Source: Alphaproteobacteria bacterium
GTDB taxonomy: Bacteria; Pseudomonadota; Alphaproteobacteria; MPNO01
DNA: 64,000 nucleotides
Assembly (NCBI GenBank): GCA_964291675.2
Contig: OZ219866.1
Location: 3,040,001-3,104,000, forward strand
Direction: 5' to 3'
Part shown: positions 19,304 through 26,595 of the stretch, in pieces
Layout: every line of letters begins with the position of its first letter
How positions within the stretch are numbered: the stretch's first letter is position 1
Position numbers and translations under genes: made by a program
Notes under the pieces: generated by a model
What the model was told of the DNA's origin: nothing
The model's database searches: none
The model's input: the letters and a program-made list of their open reading frames with translations, nothing else

Positions 19304-20353
19304 ATGTACGAGGACGACCTGACGACAGTGACAAGGGCAATTGAGCAGTCAAATGACTACAGAAAATGTCCAGTCTGGCCGATGGAAGAAGTACGCTGCT
19401 ATCCGTCTGCGGCCCGTGGCGAGCTCCGGATATACTTCAATTCGCCTCGGGCTGGGGGAATATTCTCCGTTCCTTCTTTCGACGCTAACGAGAATTTCCG
19501 TATTGATTGCGCGGAGGAGCAAAGAAGGAAGATTTCCCGTTGGGTTTACGACCAAAACAAACACGCGAGGATACCCCATCTAGATCCTGATGAGATAGAG
19601 AGCATTTCTCGGCAGCCCTTCCTGCCAGTTGAACAACGGCTGGACAGGTTTCTTCGTGCTCTTCGGGACAAACTTCCCGGGTATCCATCGGATCCAATTG
19701 AGTTGCCGTTCGATTCGGACATCATGAACACTATTCGAGCATCCACGGAAAGTGGTTCCGACTACTACGATCTTGACTGGTTAGCATCAGAAGCTGCAAA
19801 GGCGGGACTGGTAAGGGAGCCAAAGGACAAAGCCTACGCACTCACTCTCGAAGGAATGAAACGACTGGAGGGCCAAGGATACGGTCAGTTGTCCAATCAA
19901 GCGTTTGTTGCCATGTGGTTTGATGATGAGGTCAAAGCTGCATATGACGACGGAATCGAGCCAGCCGTAAAAGATGCTGGCTATAGAGCGGTTCGGATAG
20001 ATAGGAGGGATTTTCTCACAAAGATTGATGACGAGATAATTGCAGAAATTAGAAGGTCACGATTTGTTGTTTGTGACTTTACATGCCGTTTGATAAGAGA
20101 CAAGTCACAACACATAGATAACGCACGCGGCAGTGTCTACTACGAGGCTGGATTCGCCCATGGACTGAATATCCCCGTGATTTTCACTTGTCGCGATGAT
20201 CTGCTCAAGTATGTACATTTCGACGTAAATCACTATCCGACCATTACATGGAAGTTTCCGCAGGACATTCGTAAACCATTGCGAGACCGAATCACCGCTG
20301 TTATCGGAGATGGGCCTGCCTTTGAGGACGGATCAGCGCATACTGAGAGATAG
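19304..20353 (+). CDS. Protein with C-terminal nucleoside 2-deoxyribosyltransferase/TIR-like domain
   Basis: AFVAMWF, IDDEIIAEIRRSRFVVCDFT, GSVYYEAGFAHGLNIPVI, HFDV. Confidence 0.7.
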   Translation: MYEDDLTTVTRAIEQSNDYRKCPVWPMEEVRCYPSAARGELRIYFNSPRAGGIFSVPSFDANENFRIDCAEEQRRKISRWVYDQNKHARIPHLDPDEIESISRQPFLPVEQRLDRFLRALRDKLPGYPSDPIELPFDSDIMNTIRASTESGSDYYDLDWLASEAAKAGLVREPKDKAYALTLEGMKRLEGQGYGQLSNQAFVAMWFDDEVKAAYDDGIEPAVKDAGYRAVRIDRRDFLTKIDDEIIAEIRRSRFVVCDFTCRLIRDKSQHIDNARGSVYYEAGFAHGLNIPVIFTCRDDLLKYVHFDVNHYPTITWKFPQDIRKPLRDRITAVIGDGPAFEDGSAHTER

Positions 20354-20874
20354 AATTCGCCAATGCCGTCAGCCACCCGCCCTCTAGATCGGTCGGCTGC
20401 TGGTGCTCATGCGGCATGCGGAGACCGTCGCCGGGGCGGTCGAGATGACCCTGTACCTGCCGACCCTGCCGTCGTGGTTGTTCGCCGCTTCACCGCCCAT
20501 GCGTCCAAATCCAGCCTGCGATAGGCCACACGGTTGCCGAGGCGGTAGAAGGCAGGGCCGTCACCACTCACGCGGTAGCCGCCCAGCGTGCGATGCGAGA
20601 GTCCAAGGCGATTCGAGCAAGAACGACCAATCCCCAGGCCGAAAGGCGGACCAAATCCTCCTCCAACTTACGGACGCGCGGGCTACCCTTGGCGCAGGAC
20701 AACAGACCGCTGACCTGTGGAGTAGAGTGCAAAGACCCTGGCAACGCCGTACATTTCGCATCCACCGGCGGTATCGTCTATTGCACCTACAGAGGCCATT
20801 CTCCAACGTCGGCAGAACCATCTCTACACCGCTTGGCAAGCGCACCGAACAGTGTTTACTGGAGACATCAGGAC

Positions 20875-21723
20875 ATGGCAGACAGACCATTCGACGCCGT
20901 GCCGGAAGGCGTGGAATTCCTCCGCTTTTCAGAACGCAACCATAGAAACTGCGCTGTTGAGACTATGCGCAACGTCGCAGTACTTCCAAGTTCGGTGCGG
21001 AAAACACTCGACGACGTCGGCACTTTGCTTTCGCTCCTTGACCAAATGGCTTCATGCCTCTGGGGGTGTCGTGGGGGAAGCCACGCGATAGAGCATCTGG
21101 TCGGTCGCTCCGTGAGTTCCGCCCTCGCTTCATTTCGTCTAATCGAAATGGGACACTATGACGAGGCATGGGCGATAACACGCAATGTCGCGGAAGTCGG
21201 TAACCTTATGTGGCTATTCTTCGTCGATCCGGACGAGCTTCATTCCTGGCTACGATTGTCCGCACGAGAGCGTCGCTCCAAATTCCGCCCGGTCGTAGTT
21301 CGAGAAAGGATCGAAGCGGCCAACAGCGTTGTGCCACATGACCGCGACTCGTACTCGCTCATGAGTGAAGTTGGAGTTCACCCGAGTCCAGAAAACACAC
21401 CTCATGCAAGGCACAACGCATACGGTATTCCCACACTCGGCGGATACTATCAGGAACGCGGCTTTGTCGAGTCCCTCGCTCAGCTCGCATGGGCGATTGC
21501 TTCCGTAGGCGGTCCAGCCGCAAGAATGGCGAATATTGACGACAAGTATGAAACGAGGATTGTCGATCTTGCAACCAACCTTGTGCGGGAATTGCCGAAT
21601 TTGCCGGGAAGTGATGAAACAACCGACACATCAGAGGCTCTTCTCGCGAGGAGTAACTTCATCGATAGCCGATTTCGGAAAGTGCACAGCGCTGCGCGTA
21701 AGCCGGATGACGCAACAAAGTAG
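20875..21723 (+). CDS. Hypothetical protein, DUF5677/HEPN-like
   Basis: GHYDEAWAITRNVAE and YSLMSEVGVHP; AGGA RBS before ATG 20875. Confidence 0.5.
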   Translation: MADRPFDAVPEGVEFLRFSERNHRNCAVETMRNVAVLPSSVRKTLDDVGTLLSLLDQMASCLWGCRGGSHAIEHLVGRSVSSALASFRLIEMGHYDEAWAITRNVAEVGNLMWLFFVDPDELHSWLRLSARERRSKFRPVVVRERIEAANSVVPHDRDSYSLMSEVGVHPSPENTPHARHNAYGIPTLGGYYQERGFVESLAQLAWAIASVGGPAARMANIDDKYETRIVDLATNLVRELPNLPGSDETTDTSEALLARSNFIDSRFRKVHSAARKPDDATK

Positions 21724-22009
21724 CAATGCGAGAACTTGCTTTCCCATTCCCATGGTGATGTTCGGGGCGGGTGGAAGAAGCCGGCGTAGGCGCCCCCGGG
21801 GATAGCGCGGCCCCTCCCGCGTCGGCTCAGTCAATACAGCACCGTCGCATGTTGGGCACGCGTACGTAAGGCACCATATCTCGGATCACCGCCCGTTATG
21901 GATAGAGGTGCGCACCGGCGGGCAGTAGGGGCTGCTCAATCACACCGCGCGCGAATCCTCGTTCACTGGTGAGCGGGACGGCAAGCTGTCTCCGCGCTTG
22001 CTTCCGCGC

Positions 22010-22231
22010 TCACGTTTTGCCGAGCCTGTCCGCCTCCGCCGTCGTGGTCGCCCGGCGCCGAGTCGCCCACGCGTCCAGATCCGGCCGGCGATACCGCACC
22101 CGGTTGCCGAAGCGGTGGAAGGCCGGCCCGTCGCCGCTCACGCGGTAGCCATCCAGCGTGCGGGGCGAGAGGCCGAGCCAGGCCGCCGCGCGCCGGGTGT
22201 CGAAGAAGCCGCCCGTGTCGTCGTCGTTCAT
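22010..22231 (-). CDS. Helix-turn-helix excisionase/AlpA-like protein
   Basis: DTRRAAAWLGLSPRTL...GPAFHRFGNRVRYRRPDLDAW. Confidence 0.8.
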   Translation of the reverse strand: MNDDDTGGFFDTRRAAAWLGLSPRTLDGYRVSGDGPAFHRFGNRVRYRRPDLDAWATRRRATTTAEADRLGKT

Positions 22232-22697
22232 GGTGCCCCCCGTTCGATTGCCGGATGTTCCGGACCCGCTGCGCCGCCGGCCCGGTGCCGGCCGCCTGCG
22301 GCCATGCCAGGAGATGCCGCTCCTGCCGGCCGCAACGCGCGCCAGCGCAGCGAAGGTAGGCGGAGCCGCCGGGGTTTTCAAAGCGCGCGGTTAGGGGCCT
22401 TCCGGCAAGGTCACGCCGTGTGGATCAGTGCGCGCGCTCACGCGCGACGGCGCCGACTCCGGCCGCCGGAACGTCCTCGTCAGCGTGCCCGGCACCCTTC
22501 GGCCGCATCCGGGAAGGCCCGGCCCAGGATCAGGGCGCCGGCAAACGGCAAGCTTTGGGGCATCCTACATCCAGGGGGCATGCGCGTTCGCTGCGGCGGG
22601 CGGTTTCGGAGTCCGATCGCTCTCTGGATGCTTACGGGGCTCGATTCGTTTCGGAGGGAATGTCGAAAAAGGTTCAGTATTACGGTAGGTTACGGAG

Positions 22698-22742
22698 CTA
22701 TTGAGAGTTTTCTACAACGTGCGTGTCCAGCAAGTACCGCAC
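22698..22742 (-). pseudogene. vapC: Stranded original 5' end of vapC
   Basis: GTG CGG TAC TTG CTG GAC ACG (MRYLLDT) 3 bp after the antitoxin stop, then element sequence HVVENSQ and stop. Confidence 0.8.
22713..22737. repeat. att junction (right) of the integrated element
   Basis: tacaacgtgCGTGTCCAgcaagtac; matches 848-872. Confidence 0.85.
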
Positions 22743-22745
22743 GGC

Positions 22746-23027
22746 TCACAGCGACACGTCGCGGCCCGGGCTCCTGTCCCGCACGTCCCCGAACAGCTCG
22801 TCCGGGTCGAGATCGAGTTCGGCGAGGTCGGTCGTCTCCAGGAATTCCCGATACGCCGCCGCGAAGCCGCGCCGCTTCCCGGCAAGCCGCTTGAACTGCC
22901 GGTGGCCGACCAGCACGGCGACCGGTTCTCCGCGCCGCGTGAGCTCCACCGTCTTGCCGTTCTCCGCCTCCCGGATCAGTCGCGGCAGGTTGCGGCGCGC
23001 ATCGGCGATGGAATGCTTCTCGGTCAT
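22746..23027 (-). CDS. Phd/YefM-family antitoxin
   Basis: SIADARRNLPRLIREAE.GKTVELTRRGEPVAVLV. Confidence 0.9.
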   Translation of the reverse strand: MTEKHSIADARRNLPRLIREAENGKTVELTRRGEPVAVLVGHRQFKRLAGKRRGFAAAYREFLETTDLAELDLDPDELFGDVRDRSPGRDVSL

Positions 23028-23038
23028 GTTGCATCCCT

Positions 23039-23058
23039 CATGTACATGTGGATGTACG
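23039..23058. promoter_or_regulatory. Putative antitoxin operator
   Basis: Palindrome CATGTACATG, with TGTACA/TGTACG cores 12 bp apart, like the yefM-yoeB operator. Confidence 0.5.
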
Positions 23059-23086
23059 TTATGTCGGCGACGAAGGCCGCGCAACC

Positions 23087-25429
23087 TCAATCCGACCCCG
23101 CCGCCGCCGCGATCGCCGCCAGCACCCGCCTCGGCGTGAGCGGGGTCTCGTTGAACTGCGCGCCGGAGGCGGCGAAGGCGTCGGCGAGCGCGTTGGCGAT
23201 GGCCGCCGGCGGGGCGATGGCGCCGCCTTCTCCCATCCCCTTCATGCCGAACTTGGTGGAGGTCGCGGGCGTCGCCATGTGGCCGATGGCGAAAGACGGG
23301 ATCTCGGCCGCGCCGGGCAGCAGGTAGTCGGCGAAGGTGGTGGCGAGCGGCTGGCCGTCGCCGTCGAACGCCACCTCCTCGTAGAGCGCGGTGCCGATGC
23401 CCTGGGCGGTGCCGCCGGCGATCTGCCCGTCGACGATCATCGGGTTGACCACGGTGCCGCAATCCTCGACGACCGCGTAGTCGAGGATCTCGACCGCGCC
23501 GGTCGCCGGGTCGACCGCGACCGCGGCGGCGTGGGTGGAATAGGAGAAGACGCCGGAGGATTCGGTGGGCTCCCAGGTCTCCGTCACGTCGAGCACCGGG
23601 TCCATGCCGTCCGGCAGCTGCTCCTGGCGCAGATGGGCGATGCGGCCGATCTCGGCGAACGAGACCGAGCCCGAGGGTCCCGCCGCCTCGCCGTCGGCGA
23701 AGCGGATCGCGGCGGCGTCGCATTGCAGGAGGTGGGCGGCGATCCCGGCCATCCTGGCCCGGAGCGCGATACAGGCGTTGGATACCGCGCCGCCGCCCAT
23801 GACGATCGAGCGCGAGGCGAAGGTGCCCATGCCGAAGGGCGAGATTGCGGTGTCGCCGAAGCGGACCGAGACGTCGTCCGGGTGGATGCCGAGCTCCTCG
23901 CAGGCGATCTGCGCGAGCGTGGTCTCCATGCCCTGGCCGTGGCTGTGGATCGCCACCAGCAAATGCAGCGTGCCGTCGGCATGCATGCGCGCGGTGGCGG
24001 TCTCGTAGCCCGCGACGATCGGGGTGCGGCGGCGCACCCACTCCTCGGCGCCGTGCGCCGACTGCTCGGTGAAGCTGCCGAGCCCGACGCCCAGCAGGCG
24101 CCCGTCCGGCAGCCTGGCCGCCTGGCGCGCCCTGATCCCGTCATAGCCGACCAGCGCCGCCGCCCGGCGCACCGCCTCCGGATAGTCGCCGTTGTCGAAC
24201 TTCATGTCGCAGACCGTGCGGTAGGGCATCTCGTCGGGCCCGACCATGTTGTCGATGCGCACGTCGCGCGGGTCGCGCCCGACTTCGCGCGCGACCTCGT
24301 CGATGCTGCGCTCGATGGCGAAGCAGGCGCCCGGCCGCGCCACCCCGCGATAGACGCCGAGCGGCGGCTTGTTGGTGGCGACCGTCCAGGTCTCGGCGCG
24401 GAAGTGCTCGATCCGGTAGGGGCCCGGCAGGTTGCGCGCCGCCATGCCGGTCTCCATGAACGGGCCGGTATGCCAGAGCGCGTAGGCGCCGCCGTCGATG
24501 GTGATCTCGGCGTCGATCCCGGCGACGATGCCGCGTTCGTCGGCATAGGCGGTCACCCGGTAGACATGCTCGCGCGCCTGGCAGGCGGCGCTCAGATGTT
24601 CGGCCAGATCCTCCACCCAGCGCACCGGCCGGCCGGTCTCCAGCGCGATGGCGCAGACCGCGAGGTCCTCCGGCATCATCCGCGCCTTGCCGCCGAACCC
24701 GCCGCCGACATCGGGCGAGACGACCCGCACCTGGCGCATCTGGAGGCCCAGCATCTCGGCCAGCCCGACCCGCATGATGTGCGGGATCTGCGAGGTCAGG
24801 TGGACCACCAGCTCGTCTTCGCGCTCGTCCCACCGGGCGAGCACCGCGCGCCCCTCCAGCGGCATCGTCGATTGCCGGTTCATGCGGTAGTTGCGGGTCA
24901 CGCTGACCGGCGCGTCGCGCACCGAATCGATGTCCCCGCCGGCGATGGGCAGCGCGACATAGACGTTGTCGCCCCATTCCTCGTGCAGCAAAGCCGGCGG
25001 GTCGCCGCGCGCCGCGAGGGGCTCGACGATCGCCGGGAGAGGGTCGAGGTCGGCGATTGTCGCGGCCGCGATGTCCTCGGCTTCGGCCCGGGTGGCCGCT
25101 CCGCAGGCGGCGATCGGCTCGCCCGCGTAGCGCGCCTTGCCGCGCGCCAGCGGCCAGTGGTCGGCCGGCTTGAAGCCCGGGATGTCGGGCACCACCCGGA
25201 CCGGGCGCAAGGCGGGAAGGTCGTCGGCGAGCCAGACCGTGCCGCTCGCGGGCTTCGCCACGTCGCGGATCCGCGCGTGCCCCAGCGGGCTGCGCAGAAA
25301 CGCGACCTCCAGCGTGCCGGGTATCGCGATGTCCGCCACATAGCGCCCGCGCCCGCGCAGGAACCGCGCATCCTCCTTGCGCGGCACGCTGGCGCCGACG
25401 CCCAGCCCGGCGGTGGTTCGCTTGGGCAT
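23087..25429 (-). CDS. Xanthine dehydrogenase/CoxL-family molybdopterin-binding subunit
   Basis: RKEDARFLRG, VGGGFGGK, YRGVARP, HGQG, KGMGE. Confidence 0.9.
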   Translation of the reverse strand: MPKRTTAGLGVGASVPRKEDARFLRGRGRYVADIAIPGTLEVAFLRSPLGHARIRDVAKPASGTVWLADDLPALRPVRVVPDIPGFKPADHWPLARGKARYAGEPIAACGAATRAEAEDIAAATIADLDPLPAIVEPLAARGDPPALLHEEWGDNVYVALPIAGGDIDSVRDAPVSVTRNYRMNRQSTMPLEGRAVLARWDEREDELVVHLTSQIPHIMRVGLAEMLGLQMRQVRVVSPDVGGGFGGKARMMPEDLAVCAIALETGRPVRWVEDLAEHLSAACQAREHVYRVTAYADERGIVAGIDAEITIDGGAYALWHTGPFMETGMAARNLPGPYRIEHFRAETWTVATNKPPLGVYRGVARPGACFAIERSIDEVAREVGRDPRDVRIDNMVGPDEMPYRTVCDMKFDNGDYPEAVRRAAALVGYDGIRARQAARLPDGRLLGVGLGSFTEQSAHGAEEWVRRRTPIVAGYETATARMHADGTLHLLVAIHSHGQGMETTLAQIACEELGIHPDDVSVRFGDTAISPFGMGTFASRSIVMGGGAVSNACIALRARMAGIAAHLLQCDAAAIRFADGEAAGPSGSVSFAEIGRIAHLRQEQLPDGMDPVLDVTETWEPTESSGVFSYSTHAAAVAVDPATGAVEILDYAVVEDCGTVVNPMIVDGQIAGGTAQGIGTALYEEVAFDGDGQPLATTFADYLLPGAAEIPSFAIGHMATPATSTKFGMKGMGEGGAIAPPAAIANALADAFAASGAQFNETPLTPRRVLAAIAAAAGSD

Positions 25430-25453
25430 GCCGTCACTCCCCCGCTGCGCCGC

Positions 25454-25885
25454 TCAAGCCGACCCCGCCCGGAGCCAATCGAAAGGATTCAGCACGGAAG
25501 CGCCCAGACCGTCGACACCGGATATATCGCGCGTCACGAGCGTCAGGTCGAACCGTCGGGCCGTCGCGGCCAGCAAGCCGTCCACCTCCGGGATCGGCCG
25601 GACGGCGCTCATTATGCCCCATATGTCAGCCACGAGGGCATCGACCGGCAGGATGCGGTCACCGAACGCCCGCTCGACCTCCCACAACCAGCGCTCCAGC
25701 GCGGCTGCCTGCCGGCCATCGCGCGGCCTGACGAGCTCGATGCCCTTTCGGAGCTCGCCCGTTACCAGAACGCTCAGAAAGACATCCGAATGTTCGATTC
25801 CGGCATACCATGCAGCGACCCGGGCGTCGCAGCGGTCGCCCTTGCGCAGCTCCGAGATGACATTCGTGTCGATGAGGTATGTCAG
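25454..25885 (-). CDS. vapC: VapC/PIN toxin (apparent CTG start overlapping the upstream TGA)
   Basis: Manual translation TYLIDTNVISELRK...GELRKG...DGLLAATA...LVTRD...NPF. Confidence 0.8.
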   Translation of the reverse strand: MTYLIDTNVISELRKGDRCDARVAAWYAGIEHSDVFLSVLVTGELRKGIELVRPRDGRQAAALERWLWEVERAFGDRILPVDALVADIWGIMSAVRPIPEVDGLLAATARRFDLTLVTRDISGVDGLGASVLNPFDWLRAGSA

Positions 25886-26496
25886 AAGTCGACCTCACGA
25901 CCCGGGTTGCGCGACCGCTCGATGTCGATCCCCTCAAGCGGTGCGGCGGCGAGCAAATCCTTCAGACCACGCGTGGGGGCCTCACCGTCGGGAAAATCCA
26001 GAATCAGGTCGCCATCGGCGCCGCCGAATTGGAGGCCCGCGACCTCACACGCCATCCGCAATCGCTGCTCGCATTGCGGCCGATTCAGGTTGGTGTCCAC
26101 CCACCACCGGCCGGTCAGGCGCACCGCATGTTTCTCGGCCAGCTCGGGTTTCTTCAGGTACAGATCGGTCGGCTTCCTCGCAACGACCCTGCGAGACCTC
26201 GTGGTCAGGAGCGACAGCCGTTCGAAGAACTGTGGATCGAGTTCTCCAAGCTTACGGAGACAGGTCATGTACGCCAGCTTGAGACTACCCGCTTCAACCC
26301 TGTCGCCGAGCAGCAGGAACGCGTAAGTCCCGGTTCGACGGGGCCTGGGGTCCGAGGGCGGGATCGCCGCCGAGGCGGGAGGGAGATCGAGTATGTCGCG
26401 AAGGATCGCGTTGGGGCTCTGATCGAAGCTCGTTCGCCGGTGCTCGATGGCGCGATGCACGTCGAGATCGATCGCGATCTTCGTTGTCTGCACCAT
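25882..26496 (-). CDS. SeqA-like protein with antitoxin-like C-terminal tail, putative partner of vapC
   Basis: RHH-like KIAIDLDVHRAI...SPNAILRDIL; WWVDTNLN; tail LKDLLAAAPLEGIDIERSRNPGREVDF. Confidence 0.55.
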   Translation of the reverse strand: MVQTTKIAIDLDVHRAIEHRRTSFDQSPNAILRDILDLPPASAAIPPSDPRPRRTGTYAFLLLGDRVEAGSLKLAYMTCLRKLGELDPQFFERLSLLTTRSRRVVARKPTDLYLKKPELAEKHAVRLTGRWWVDTNLNRPQCEQRLRMACEVAGLQFGGADGDLILDFPDGEAPTRGLKDLLAAAPLEGIDIERSRNPGREVDF

Positions 26497-26529
26497 GATT
26501 TTCGCTCCGATTGTTATAGGTCAGTGAAG

Positions 26530-26551
26530 CCTTATTCCTTATAAGGTAAGG
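26530..26551. promoter_or_regulatory. Palindromic putative operator upstream of the SeqA-like/vapC pair
   Basis: CCTTATtCCTTATAAGGTAAGG. Confidence 0.45.
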
Positions 26552-26595
26552 AATGCCATTTGTCGATATCGTTTGGCGGGCACGGCCGGCGCCCC

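Larger units (their letters stand above)
865..22729. mobile_element. Decayed integrative conjugative element/genomic island (~21.9 kb) inserted in vapC
   Basis: Bounded by att direct repeats; integrase at one end, excisionase-like HTH at the other, F-type tra remnants, lower-GC defence cargo. Confidence 0.85.
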
